64,000 nucleotides of DNA from Octopus vulgaris (GCA_951406725.2 OX597840.1:29264001-29328000), one strand, 5' to 3'; counted from the first letter of the stretch, positions 13,856 through 27,157 are shown. Made by a program: numbers and translations. The notes: generated by a model not told the origin, from the sequence alone.

Positions 13856-14330
13856 ATCATCATCATCGTTTAATGTCCGCTTTCCAACTAGCATGGGTTG
13901 GACGGTTCGATCAGGGTCTGGGAAGCCAGGAGGCTGCACGAGGCTTCAGTCTGATCTGGCAGTGTTTCTACAGCTGGATGCCCTTCCTAACGCCAATCAC
14001 TCTGTGCATATAGTGGGTGCTTTTTATGTGCCTCCGGCACAGGTGCCAGGGGAGGCTGGCAACGGCCATTATCGGTTGGTGGCTTTTACATGCCACCTAC
14101 ATGGAAGCCAGTCAAGGCGGCACTGGCATCGGCCATGTATGGATGGTGATTTTTACAAGCCACTGGCACAGGTGCCAGGGTAAGCTGGCAACGGCCACGA
14201 TCGGTTGGTGCATTTTACGTGCCACCGGCACAGAAGTCAGTCAAGGCGGAGCTGGCATTGGCCACATACAGATGGTGCATTTTACATGCCACCGGCACAG
14301 GTATCGCAACCACAATTTCCATTTGATATG
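13856..14330 (-). mobile_element. RTE LINE 3'-end fragment with ~60-bp internal repeats
   Basis: Homology to 37200-37587 in reverse orientation. Confidence 0.9.
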
Positions 14331-14478
14331 TAAAATATTTTTCCTGCTGTGAAGACAGAGGTTTGATTTACCCAATATGTATGTTCTTCTGTAACTGGCA
14401 GCACATTTTGGTGAACTCTCAAAGCCTTGTGAGTGGATCTGGTTGATGGAAACTGAAAGAAGCCCATCATATGTAGAT

Positions 14479-14525
<47 letters not shown>

Positions 14526-14531
<6 letters not shown>

Positions 14532-14722
14532 ATACAAAATGAAAACACAACAATGCAAGGATGTGGGACAACTATAGTGTTATTGGATGCTCAGGAAAGG
14601 AAAGAAAGAAGGAGGATTTAACGTTTCGAGCGGAGCTCTTCGTCAGAAACATAGGGAAAGGAAAGATCCAAGGAAGGGAAGATGGAGAAAGAAAATCGCC
14701 AACGATACACACACGGTCACAT
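14526..14722 (-). mobile_element. Short Penelope pLTR-like or retrozyme-like module
   Basis: Homologous to 60298-60510 and 60527-60700, sits between TA runs, carries a hammerhead core. Confidence 0.65.
14615..14651 (-). ncRNA. Minimal type I hammerhead ribozyme
   Basis: Minus strand: gttt CUGACGA a gagc-ucc-gcuc GAAAC GUU aaau. Intact core, stem II gagc/gcuc, palindromic stem III (AACGUU), short stem I guuu/aaau. Confidence 0.7.
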
Positions 14723-14803
14723 ATTGAATATATATATATTAATACTATTATTATTATTTTTATTATTAGTTTCATCTCAAGAGCTGCAGGTATGCTTGGG
14801 TAC

Positions 14804-14838
<35 letters not shown>

Positions 14839-15892
14839 GTCGTTGACCCACGACGAGAGCTCTGCTACTGTCTTTCTGACCTGGCTTCCTTCAAGTGTGG
14901 ATGGCCTTCCTGTCTCTCTTTTGCCGTCCTCAAAAGCGTTCATAATATTTTTTCCTTCGTTCTGGCTTAACAGCTCTCAATGTTTGTGTTACTGTTATTC
15001 TCCTTGTCCTGTCCTTTATTGTTTATATTTTGTACTGTCTTTACTGTCCTGTTTTTGTTACCATTTTTACCTCTCCGCAAAAAAATCTCAAATTTTATTT
15101 AATTTGCTCTTCGTGGGAAGGAATGTTTCATTAAAGACGTGTCTCGCCTTGACCTTCGGAACGTGGAGTAGATGAAACAAAGGCGACTGAAGAAGGGGAA
15201 TTTTCCTTGTTTTGTATGTCCTGTACTCTATTTTTTCGTTGTTTAAGAAAAATGTCCATTTCCTTGGTTTTGTGTTTATGTTTTCGTTTCTCATTGTGTT
15301 CGACGTTTTTTTGGTGTCCTGTACCCATATATGCATGTATATATATTCATGTAGAGGTAGGTACGTACATATATGTATGTATATATGCATGTATTTTATT
15401 TTATTTATTAATTTATTATATATATATATAACTTGTCAGAGAGAGACAGAAACTTATAAAATATACACGCACAAGTTTATACACCTATCTATGAATATGG
15501 CAAATGAAAGATGGAATATACCAGGTGTAAACCATTCATTTTATTATTTATGAAACATATATGCATAAACACACACATATATAGGCATCGATATATGAAA
15601 ACACATATATACACACACATACACATACATGTGTAGACAGTTATTTATATATATGATACATTATTTCATACTGCCTCACAAACTATAATGACAAGTGAGA
15701 TATATATATATATATATCAATTAAATTATTTTCTTTCTGGCAAATCTCAGAGGAAAAATAGAAAAAAATATTTATATATTACTTCACCTGTTCTAGTTGA
15801 GATTATTTTGCTGTAAAATCACATACACACACCCACCCATGCCCCCACACAAATACATAGCTATGTGTATATATTTATATATACATATATAC

Positions 15893-15957
<65 letters not shown>

Positions 15958-16045
15958 CATACATACATACATACATGTGGAAAAATGATTCTACACACAC
16001 ATTTCACACCTACCTTTATGTCATATATATATACATATGTATACT

Positions 16046-16095
<50 letters not shown>

Positions 16096-16232
16096 CAGAC
16101 AGATAGCTAAACATACATACATATATATACATATATACATATATAATAAATATATATATGTTTATCTGTATTACAATCTATCTATTGTTCTATATATATG
16201 TGTGTGTGTATATATATATGTGTGTGTGTGTG

Positions 16233-16284
<52 letters not shown>

Positions 16285-16545
16285 CACACACGTGTATAAT
16301 TCTTAGTTTCAAATACTTTAGGTTTGTCTATAATTTATTTATTCTATACAATTTGTGATATTTTTGCCGAGTTTTGTTCTGGACAATCTGTTATATAAAA
16401 AAAGATATCACCGACCAAGATATCAACATGCAATTTGGTAATATGATTAGAAATAACACAAGTCAGGAAAATCACTGGAAATTTTCTGATGGAATCAGTT
16501 GAGTAGGGCAAAGTTGAGGTTGGAAATGTCACGACATACCGTTCA

Positions 16546-17008
16546 TGGTGGTGGTGGTTGTGGTGGTTGCGGTAGTAGTGGTGGGGGTGGGGTGGGGGTG
16601 GTGGTTGTGGTGGTTGTGGTGGTGGTTGTGGTAGTGGTGGTGGTTGTGGTAGCGGTGGTGGTGGTGGGTGTGGTAGTGGTGGTTGTGGTGGGGGTAGTGG
16701 TGGTGGTGGTTGTGGTGGTTGTGGTGGTGGCGGTTGTGATGGTGGTTGTGGTGGTGGTGGTGGTGGGGATGATTGTGGTAGTGGTGGTGGTGGTTGTGAT
16801 GGTGGTAGTGGTGGTGGTGGTTGTAGTGGTGGTGGTTGTGGTGGTGGCTGTGGTGGTGGTGGTTGTGGTGGTGGTGGTGGTTGTGGTGGTGGTTGTGGTG
16901 GTGGTGGTGGTGGTGGTGGTGGTGGTGGTGGTGGGGATGATTGTGGTAGTGGTGGTGGTTGTGGTGGTGGTAGTAGTGATGTTTATGGTGACAGTGGTGG
17001 TGGTGGTG
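16546..17008. repeat. Degenerate (GGT)n microsatellite
   Basis: GGT/TGT/AGT triplet run. Confidence 0.95.
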
Positions 17009-17232
17009 AAATAATATTTGATTCGTTTGTTTTCTTCACAATTTAAAAATGTCACGTGTGTTTATGATCCTCAGCATCATCATCATCATCATAATCAATT
17101 CACATCTGTTTCCCCCCATGCCATCAGGGGTTGAATGGTTTAACAGGCGCTGACTAGTCTACGGACTTCACTAGAGCTCAAATGACCACTGCTTTTGTAT
17201 GGTTCCTACAGCTTGATGTCTTTCCTAATACC

Positions 17233-17826
17233 TATTTCCTTTACTACCCACAAGGGGCTAAACACGGAGAGAACAAACAAGGACAGAGAAATGGATTAAG
17301 TCGATTATATCAACCCCAGTGCGTAACTGGTACTTATTTAATCGACCCCGAAAGGATGAAAGGCAAAGTCGACCTCGCGGGAATTTGAACTCAGAACGTA
17401 CCGGCAGACAAAATACCTATTTCTTTACTATCCACAAGGGGCTAAACACAGAGAGGACAAACAAGGACAGACAAACGGATTAAGTCGATTATATCAACTC
17501 CAGTGCATAACTGGTACTTATTTAATCGACCCCGAAAGGATGAAAGGCAAAGTCGACCTCGGTGGAATTTGAACTCAGAACGTAACGGCAAACAAAATAC
17601 CTATTTCTTTACTACCCACAAGGGGCTAAACACAGAGAGGACAAACAAGGATAGACAAATGGATTAAGTCGATTATATCGACCCCAGTTCGTAACTGGTA
17701 CTTATTTAATTGACCCTGAAATGATGAAAGGCAAAGTTGACCTCGGCGGAATTTGAACTCAGAACGTAACGGCAGACGAAATACCGCTATGCGTCTCGCC
17801 CGGCGTGCTAACGATTCTGCCAGCTC
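17233..17826 (-). mobile_element. Tandem trimer of SINE family 2
   Basis: Three ~186-bp body units and one head, flanked by 15-bp direct repeat gtctttcctaatacc (17218-17232, 17827-17841). Confidence 0.9.
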
Positions 17827-18649
17827 GTCTTTCCTAATACCAACCACTTCACAAAGTGTACTAACTGCTTTACTATGTGGCACCAACACTAGTGGAGCCA
17901 TCAAGTACTTTCAAAGCAAGAACCTACTTCCACTGGTTTCATACTGAAGAGTTGAATACATGACTTGTCCAGCTGAGACAGAGAGAGAGAGACAGAGAGA
18001 GAGTAACTCTGTGTGTGTATGTATCTTTCTATAAGCAAATTACATTGGCCATAAATGTTTCCTATTTTTTCAGTATATTCCTAAGTGTCTTGTCCTACGA
18101 GAGACAAGACATGAAATTTGCTGTGCTGATGATGGCTATTATGGTAGAAACACATAAGTTCAGTGGCCTTCTCCAGACAATGAAACTACCTTTGCATTAA
18201 TGGCACATCAATTTCAGAGAATTCTTCATTCTTATGATTATTTCCATTGTTCCACTCAAATTTGGTCCCAGTTCACACCAGGTAATTGTTCTACCCTCTC
18301 TGGAAGTAGAGATAATTTCAAATTATCAAAAATTTGTCCTGTATGTTTTTTTGTAATATAGTCTTATTAATTGTGTCTGGGGAGAGTCATTTTCTTTTTG
18401 TGTCTTATAATTTAACACTCTCACCGGTAAAATTTCCACTTATTTCTTATTTTTATTTTCCTAAAATTTTCGTTGCATCTTGCAACCTTTTCGAAAGTCC
18501 AAATCCAAAAACGGAAAGTCTTATTAGTATTTGTTTCTAATTTAAATGCTATTCTCTACTTGGAATTAATGTTCTTAACTTGTCCTTTTCTCCTTGTAGA
18601 TTCCCAAACATGTATACAACTGCATAGATGCATAAACTTTAAAATGAAA

Positions 18650-19050
18650 CTAGCAGTATAGCCCAGCATTGCTCAGGCTTGTTTTCTTTTCGACCCTTTA
18701 GAATTGGAATTTTTGAAAAGTAAAAATTTTGCATTATGTCACTTGTTATTCTCTTTAAGTGAACATTTTTCTGGTTGAAATACACTGAAAAATGGTGACA
18801 CAACAGTCAAAAAATCGTAAAAATAAAAATTTTTGTAGAAAAAAGCCCCTTTTTGATGTAAATAATTTTTGGTGTTAACATGGTCCAATTTGAAATATTA
18901 TTTTCTATGGAAGGAAGAGCAAGCCTTCTTCTATCATACTCTCAATTTTGGTCAACTTGCACCGCAGGGTCTCGGATGAGATAGTGTTAGTTGAAGGCTA
19001 TCAAACCTGCCATACACACACACAAGCAACTTCAGCTTTATATATAGAGA
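18650..19050 (-). mobile_element. Non-autonomous Helitron (family H2)
   Basis: Minus strand starts TCTCTATATATAAAG, ends with hairpin plus CTAG, inserted between A and T; second copy at 41840-42221. Confidence 0.85.
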
Positions 19051-19185
19051 TTAACAGATTAGCATGCTGTTCAACAACTCTTCAAGAATGTGGTTGCATC
19101 TTGAAAATATTTCTTACATTTTCCCTGACTGTGTGTGTCAAATTTAAAATTTCATAATTTGAATAAATGCTGGACTATCTTTCCT

Positions 19186-19508
19186 ATCATCATTGTCATC
19201 GGCGGTCACATCATCATCATCCACAATTTCGTCGTTGTCATCATCATCATCATCATCCACGTCGTTGTCATCGTCATCAACATCATCATCATTCACGTCG
19301 TCGTCGTCATCATCATCATCAACCACGTCGTCGTCATTATCATCCTTATCATCATCCACGTCATCGCCGTCATCATCATCATCATCCGCAACGCCATCGT
19401 CGTCATAATCATCATCCACAACGTTGTCATCATCATCATCTACAATGCCGTCATTGTCATCATCATCATCATCCACAACGTCGTCGTCATCATCATCATC
19501 ATCATCAT
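19186..19508. repeat. Compound (CAT/CGT)n array at the tail of an old RTE 3' fragment (19509-19750, minus)
   Basis: Triplet array directly abuts gtaatgtctgtcttccatg, a diverged RTE 3' terminus. Confidence 0.85.
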
Positions 19509-19809
19509 GTAATGTCTGTCTTCCATGTTCTTATGGGCTGGTTGGTTTTGCAGGTGCTGGCAAATTCAGGAGCCACACAAGGTCCCTCAATCTGTTTTGG
19601 CTTGGCTTCTACAGCTGAATGCCCTTCCAAAAGCTAACCACTTTATAGATTGAGCAGGATGTTTTTTACATGGCACCATTGCCACTGCTTTTCATGCAGA
19701 ACCAACACCAATGCTTTTTACATGGCACCAGCACTTTTTATGTGACACCATGTTATATATAATATATTCTAGAGTGTTTAGGTATATTGCTTAGATTTTC
19801 TTAACTATG

Positions 19810-20293
19810 AAATCAAAATCAAATTCAAATTTGATGACTGGCATCTGTGCTAGTGGAGCGCTAAGAGTACCATATGAGTGAGATCATTGCCAGACCAACA
19901 AGCTGGCCTCAGTGCCGATGGCACATAAAAAACACCATTCAAGCGTGATTGTTATCTGTGTCACCATACTGGCACTTGTGCTAGTGGCACGTGAAAAAAC
20001 ATTTGAGCGAGGTCGTTGCCAGTGCTGCTGGACTGGCTCCTGTGCAGGTGGCACATAAAAAGCACCATCTGAGCGTGGCCATTGCCAGTATCACCTGACT
20101 GGCCCTCATGCCAGTGGCATATAAAAGCACCCACTACACTCTCGGAGTGGTTGGCATTAGGAAGGGAATCCAGCTGTAGAAACACTGCCAGATCAGATTA
20201 GAGTCTGGTGCAGCCATCTGGTTTGCCAGACCTCAGTCAAATCGTCCAACCCATGCTAGCATGGAAAGCAGACGTTAAATGATGATGATGATG
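19810..20293 (+). mobile_element. RTE LINE 3'-end fragment
   Basis: Ends ccatgctagcatggaaagcagacgttaaat(gat)n. Confidence 0.88.
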
Positions 20294-20363
20294 TTGAGGA
20301 TGATGAAGTCTTATTAGTTCACACTCTCAGTGCTGTCATAACATCCTTTGCTTAAGTCAAAAA

Positions 20364-20765
20364 GAGTGGCTGTGTGGTAAGTAGCTTGCTAACCAACCAC
20401 ATGGTTCTGGGTTCAGTCCCACTGCATGGCATCTTGGGCAAGTGTCTTCTGCTATACCCCCGGGCTGACCAATGCCTTGTGAGTGGATTTGGTAGACGGA
20501 AATTGAAAGAAGCCTGTCGTATATATGTATATATGCGTGTGTGTGTTTGTGTGTCTGTGTTTGTCCCCCTAGCATTGCTTGATAACCGATGCTGGTGTGT
20601 TTACGTCCCCGTCACTTAGCGGTCCGGCAAAAGAGACCGATAGAATAAGTACTGGGCTTACAAAGTATAAGTCCCAGGGTCGATTTCCTCGACTAAAGGC
20701 GGTGCTCCAGCATGGCCGCAGTCAAATGACTGAAACAAGTAAAAGAATAAAAGAGTAAAAGAGTA
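20364..20765 (+). mobile_element. SINE family 1
   Basis: tRNA-like head, body and (aagagta)n tail. Confidence 0.92.
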
Positions 20766-21062
20766 TCCAAATCCTTTATCTGGGATTATCATACAATAGA
20801 AATAATTTTCATTCAAGATGTGAATATGCATGATCTCATGTCCTTAATATTGTTCGACAACACAACAACCAGAGTTCTCTTGGTCCATTGTATTAGTTTT
20901 GTCACTTCCTTAATTTTGGATTTTAAATTTTCTAGAATATTTTTACCCACTAAATAAAATTCATCATTAATACAGCTTGGTGTCAGCCAAAAAAACTCAT
21001 ATGACAATATTTCAATGGAATAAAGCAGTGAGCTTAGCAACATTTCCTCCAACTTTACATTT

Positions 21063-21357
21063 TGGGCCGATGCCAGCACCAAATAGACTGGCTTCTGTGC
21101 CGGTGGCACGTAAAAAGCACCAGTCCGATCGTGGCCGTTGCCAGCCTCGCCTGGCACCTGTGCCAGTGGCACATAAAAAGTACCCATTACACTCATGGAG
21201 TGGTTGGCATTAGGAAAGGCATCCAGCTTTAGAATCACTGCCAGATCAGACTGGAGCCTGGTGCAGCCTTCTGGCTTCCCACATTCCCGGTCGAACCGTC
21301 CAACCCATGCTAGCATGGAGAACGGACGTTAAACGATGATGATAATGATGATGATGA
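21063..21357 (+). mobile_element. RTE LINE 3'-end fragment
   Basis: Same 3' terminus and (GAT)n tail. Confidence 0.88.
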
Positions 21358-21723
21358 GTTTAAATACCACCAAGGTCAACTTTGCCTTTCATTCTTTCAG
21401 GATCAGTAAAAGAAGTACCAGTTGTACACTGGGGCAAATGTAATTGGCTTATCCCCTCCCCCAGAATTGCTGGCCTTGTGCTAAAATTTGAAACCACTGT
21501 TACGACAGGCTGTGTTAGTTGTTACCTGGCTAGACATTCTGCTCTGTCTTTTACCACCTGTAAATTTATTGTCAATACCTGTGATTCTATGTTTATTGGG
21601 TGATGTGTGTTTCGGTTTGTTTTGTCATGTTTTAGCCATGTTTTTTAAGAGACTGTGATGGCTGTCTTTGTGTATGCAGAGCATTTGTTTGATCTGTAAA
21701 CAGAGATGCTTTATTTTGTCTAA

Positions 21724-21785
21724 CATCATCATTATCATTATCATCATCATCATCATCATCATCATCATTATCGTTGTCGTCGTCG

Positions 21786-21835
<50 letters not shown>

Positions 21836-22419
21836 GTCATCATCATCATCATCATCATTATCGTCGTCATCATCATCATCATCATCATCATTATCGTCAT
21901 CATCGTCGTCATCATCATCATCATCAACATCATCATCATCATCATCATCATCATCGTTGTTTAATGTCTGCTCTCCATGTTGGCATGAGTTGGACGGTTT
22001 AACTGAGGGCTGGCAAGCCAGTAGGCAGCACCATACACCAGTCTGATCTGGCAAGGTTTCTACTGCTGGATGCCCTTCCTAACACCAACTATTCCAACAG
22101 TGTAGTGGGTGCTTTTTACGTGCCACTGGCACAAGGGCCAGTAAGGCAGTACTGACATTGACCATGCTTGAATGGTGCTTTTTATGCACCACCAGCATGG
22201 GAGCCAGACAGGTGGCACTGGCAACGATCACACTCAAATGGTGCTTTTTACATGCCACCAGTATGGGACCAGACAGGTGGCACTGGCATCGACCATGTGC
22301 AAATGGTGCTTTTTACATGCCACCGGCATGGGTGCCAATCAGATGCTACTTTCATAAGCCATGACAACAACTTCACTTGCCTCAACAGGTCTTCGCAAGT
22401 GCAGTTTATTGTCCAATGA
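21724..22419 (-). mobile_element. RTE LINE 3'-end fragment with expanded (CAT)n tail (21724-21955)
   Basis: (CAT)n followed by gtttaatgtctgctctccatgttggcatg and internal ~60-bp repeats. Confidence 0.85.
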
Positions 22420-22850
22420 ATGAAAGAGAAAATGTTCTCAAAGCCAGACCTCTTGAAGGCCTGCCAACAGATACAGGTAGAGGAAGATTGCACACACCTT
22501 TTAGCAATCAACAAACACCGTGGATTGTATAAATTCAAGCAGCTTCCTTTTGGGGCAACTGCCATATTCCAACAAGTGATGAACACAATGTTAAGCGATT
22601 GGGACTTTCCTATCGCTTATTTTGATGATGTTTTCATAAAGTGCAAGTCAGTAGAGCAACACTTTGAACATATTAAAAAAGTATTTGGAAAACTAAATGA
22701 ATACAGGTTTAGACTAACAGAGGAAAAGCGGGAATTTTTTATGAAAAAATCAAATATTTAGATCAAGTAATTGACGAAAAGGAATGAAGGCCAGACCCCT
22801 CAAGGGCAACGACCATACGGAAATATGCCTCCCCCAACGAATGTCAAAAA
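22420..22850 (+). pseudogene. Gypsy/Ty3 LTR-retrotransposon RT fragment
   Basis: KMFSKPDL..A..QIQV...INKHRGLYKFKQLPFG.TAIFQQVMNTML...IAYFDDVFI, the Gypsy RT motif series; frameshifted. Confidence 0.88.
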
Positions 22851-24070
22851 AAGATTTAATAAAAAATAACTAATTAATCGATAATGTATTCACCATTGTT
22901 GTTTACAACTTCTTTCCAACGTTTAACATGATTTTCAATACTTCGTTGGTAGTAATCACCCGGTTTCGACTCGAAAAAGTGATCCAACCAAGCTCCAGCA
23001 AAACTCCGTGCATAGCATTTGAAAGAGATTGAAAGAGGTGGAAATCTGTTGGTGCCAAATCAGGAGAGTACGGTGGGTGTGGTAGCACTTCCCAGCCATG
23101 CATTTGAATGGCTTCCTTGATCATATTGGTGATATGAAGGCGAGTGTTGTCATGCAGCAGAAGAACTCCATGCTGCCAATTAGGTCTTTCTCTTGAATAG
23201 CTGTGTTAAGTTGTTCCATCTGTTGAACATAGAGATCCGCATTGACCGTTTGGTTCTCTTCAAGCAATTCATAATGGATAATCCCTTCCCAGTCCCACCA
23301 TATGCACAACATCGTTTTACGTGGATGAAGATCTTGTTTCACGTGCGGTGTCGCTTGCTTACCGGGGCTAAGCCATTCCTTACGCTGCTTCATATTGATG
23401 TACAGGCACCATTTTTCATCGCCAGTAATGATTCGGTAAAGAAATCGTTGCTTGTGTCCATGAGTTGAGCGGTGACAAGCAAGCAAACCAGCGGAGATTG
23501 TGGTTCATTGATTTTTGTTGTTGTCACTTAAAGCATGCGAAACCTCTGCTCCATACTTCTGAACCTTTCCCTTCAAGCGAAGATGCTTCTCTATAGCAGT
23601 GTGGGAGCATTCCATTTTCTCTGCTAGTTCCCTTGTTGTTTGACGAGAATTTTCGTGCAAAAGTTTAATCGCTCTTCATCAAACTCAACTGGACAGCCAG
23701 AACGAGGTGCGTCTTTGAAATCAAAACTTCCAATTTTGAACTTGGCATACCAATCACGAGTAGTTCTTTCAACTATGGCACCCTCCCCATACACAGCACA
23801 AATGTCGCGAGCAGCTTTTGCGGCCTTAGAACCTTGATTAAAAGCAAAAAGAAGGAGGTGTCGAAAAGGCTCATTTATCTAACTTGACATTCCATTTTAA
23901 TGACCTGAAAATAAACAAAAATTAACTAAAATTAAGTAGAAAAACAAAACAAAATAGATTCCAAAATGAATCAAAAATAGAATTCTCAAAAAAAAATAGA
24001 TTTCAAAGTTTAAAAACGCAATAAGTTCCAAATTTTAAAATAACGGCGGAAACTTAGTTGCCAACCCAAT
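22851..24070 (-). mobile_element. Mariner (DD34D) transposon relic
   Basis: ITGDEKW (23121-23486), HPPYSPDLAPTDFHLF (22903-23124), HTH remnants, TIR attgggttggcaactaag at ~24070 on the minus strand; frameshifts; left TIR not seen. Confidence 0.93.
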
Positions 24071-24681
24071 TTATATATATATATATATATTTATATGTGT
24101 GTGTGTGTGTGTGTTATACTTATAAGCATATATATTTATATATATATTTATGTATATATGTGTATGTGTGTTCAAGGTGTAATGAAAAAGTTCCAGGACT
24201 AGTTTTGTAGTGTGCCAACAGATGGCAGCCCACAGTCACGTGCACAGTGACAGCTGGTAGTGATCTTAATGAAGCAGTGTGCTGAGTGACATTACTGTGT
24301 TGACAAAGAGCAGATGTGAAATTTTACATTCGACTTGGAGAGTCTGCTATAAAGACATTGAAGATTCTTCGGCAAGCTTACAGCGATGAGGCAATGAGTC
24401 ATACACAATGTTTCAAGAGTGATGGGTGCTTCAAAAGTGGAAGAATGTCCTTGGAAGGTCGATGAGCGATTTGAGAGTTCTGCTATGAGTGTCACCCCCA
24501 GAAATGTGGTTTTGCGCATTGAGAATTCATCCCCCAGGGTCAGAGTGTCAATCAAGAGTACTACTGTGGCATTTGAGAGAGGACATGCAGTGAAAGCAAC
24601 CGGACCTGGGTAGCATGAACAACTGGATTATGAACAACAACAATGTACCCCACCACCAAGCTCTCATCACTCGTAAGTATA

Positions 24682-25095
24682 GGCGCAGGAGTGGCTGTGT
24701 GGTAAGTAGCTTGTTTACCAACCACATGGTTCCGGGTTCAGTCCCACTGCGTGGCATCTTGGGCAAGTGTCTTCTACTATAGCCTCGGGCCGACCAAAGC
24801 CTTGTGAGTGGATTTGGTAGACAGAAACTGAAAGAAGCCCGTCGTATATATGTATATATATATATATATATGCGTGTGTGTTTGTGTGTCTGTGTTTGTC
24901 CCCCTAGCATAAGCTTGACAACCGATGCTGGTGTGTTTATGTCCCCATTACTTAGCGGTTCGGCAAAAGAGACCGATAGAATAAGTACTAGGCTTACAAA
25001 AGAATAAGTCCCTGGGTCGAATTGCTCGACTAAAGGCGGTGCTCAAGCATGGCCGCACTCAAATGACTGAAACAAGTAAAAGAGAAAGAGAGAGA
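24682..25095 (+). mobile_element. SINE family 1, full length
   Basis: Head ggcgcaggagtggctgtgtggtaag through the tail. Confidence 0.92.
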
Positions 25096-25229
25096 AATGT
25101 CTCTCACCCGAAACATGATCTCTCTTCCTATTCACCAGATTTAGTACTTACAGTCTTCCATTTCTTCTCCAAGAGGAAAATGCACTTCAGAGATCACGTT
25201 TTAGCACTGTTGTTGAAATCTGGTACCAA

Positions 25230-25509
25230 TCACAGAAAGTCCTCGGCTCACAGAAAGTCTTTGACTCACAGAAAGTCTTTGACTCACAGAAAGTCCTCGA
25301 CTCACAGAAAGTCTTTGACTCACAGAAAGTCTTTGACTCACAGAAAGTCTTTGACTCACAGAAAGTCCTCAGCTCACAGAAAGTCTTTGACTCACAGAAA
25401 GTCTTTGACTTACAGAAAGTCTTTGACTCACAGAAAGTCTTTGACTCACAGAAAGTCCTCGACTCACAGAAAATTTTTGACTCACAGAAAGTCCTCGGCT
25501 CACAGAAAA
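25230..25509. repeat. 18-bp minisatellite (cacagaaagtctttgact) x ~15
   Basis: Direct tandem units with two variants, -tttgact and -ctcgact/-ctcggct. Confidence 0.97.
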
Positions 25510-26359
25510 TGACTTCCAGGCCAGATTCCAAAAGTGGTAAGAATGCTGGCACTGGTGTATTGCTGCACAATGGGACTGTTTCGAAGGAGATGATGTTAAA
25601 ACTTAGGTAAATAAGTTATGTTTTATTTATTAACCATAACTAGTCTGGGAACTTTTTGCTACCACCTCATACATGTGTGTCTTTGACTCTCATTGTAAGC
25701 TTGACCATTATGACTAACATCTAATGACCGGAACCAGGAAAAGAGTAAACACAAATAAAGAAAGACACCAACAAACAAATCAAAACAAATAAAATAGAAT
25801 AAAATAAAATATACCAACCCAAGTTTGAAAGACATTTTCTATTATTTATTCAATTTCATTTTATTTGTTCCTTTTAAAATGAATCCCAAGATCAAGAGAA
25901 CTTTTTAATGTTTTTGTTTGGTTATTTCTCTTTCCTCTTTTTTTAGGATTGTGATATAATTTTTATTGCCTTCACCCCTCACCCCTATTACCTTCCTGCC
26001 TCACCCCACTTACTTCTACCCACTTCTCTGGCATACCACCCATTACAGAAATACAAATATAGTGCAATTTCTCTTTTGTCTGCCTCTGTGTGTGTGTATG
26101 TGTGTGTGTGTGCATTTATCACAAATGATATATGTTGTGTATGTATATATACACAGACACATACATGTATGTATATAAATGTGTGTGTGTATATATACAT
26201 ACATACATATTTATATATGTACTCACATACAAAAACATATCTACATACATCCATATAGATTTATATGTATGTATGTGTGTGTATACATACATATATATAT
26301 ATGTACTCATATACAAAAACATATCTACACACACCCGTATATATTTATATGTATGCATG

Positions 26360-26393
<34 letters not shown>

Positions 26394-26603
26394 AACACAT
26401 GCACACATGGATATATACATTCATACATATGCACATTAATTTATACAATTCATACATATGTTAAAATATATATGTATGTTTACATAGGCACAAACATACA
26501 TATATAATACCTACATACATACATTTACATATATATAGAGATAATATATATGTGTATATATATGTGTATATATATATCCGTACGGTACCCTACAACTCCA
26601 CTC

Positions 26604-26643
<40 letters not shown>

Positions 26644-26794
26644 GTATATACACACACATACATATATATGTGTGGGTGTGTTTGTATGTGAGTGTGTGTG
26701 TATATATAAGTATATATAAACATACCTACCTATTTCTGTATTTATATACAGGTGGGTAGATGTGTGGGTTCTGTCTTCCTGTCGTTTTGTTTAG

Positions 26795-26829
26795 TTGAAA
26801 TAATGGAACCACGAGAACAGGCCCCAACG
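26795..26829 (+). other. Candidate 35-nt host exon (xEIMEPREQAPT)
   Basis: Polypyrimidine tract plus ttag acceptor, ACG|GTGAGT donor, single open frame, ataATGg context. Confidence 0.35.
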
Positions 26830-27157
26830 GTGAGTTTCGATGTTTGTCACAGTAAACAGAACAAAAAATGTTATTATGTTTTGAATTGTCAGATTGTTAC
26901 AAAGCAAATCGGAAAATAATATAAATATCCATAGAAACGATCATGCGGAGCAAAGGGGACAGAAAAGGGGGGAAAAAAGGGGACAGAAGGGGTTAGAAGA
27001 AGTAGGGCATTTTTGTTTTGTTGTTTCTTTAAGGTTATTATGGAGAATGAGGCATCCTGTCAGAAATGGAGGTGGTGGAATGAAAAATGGCAAAAAATTG
27101 TGTTGCTTTATGAATGCTGCTAATGGAATATAATCGTTAGATGTAATTATATTTAAT

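Larger units (their letters stand above)
24172..25671 (+). mobile_element. Second mariner relic (internally deleted) containing a SINE and a minisatellite
   Basis: Imperfect TIRs aaggtgtaatgaaaaagttccaggactagtt and aactagtctgggaactttttgctaccacct; FKSGRMSLE and YSPDL remnants. Confidence 0.8.

Noticed and set aside
16499-17055. Mucin-like poly-Thr or poly-Val ORFs
   Set aside because: Degenerate (GGT)n repeat with no unique domain
18120-18165. CTGATGA...GAAAC...GTT hammerhead-like motif
   Set aside because: Stems I-III pair poorly and there is no repeat context; plausibly chance
24682-24760. tRNA genes
   Set aside because: A/B-box-like heads continue into multi-copy SINE bodies, and no complete cloverleaf is evident
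25039-25570. 157-aa HRKSLT-repeat protein and its antisense ORF
   Set aside because: Product of the 18-bp minisatellite inside a mariner relic; the start lies in a SINE tail
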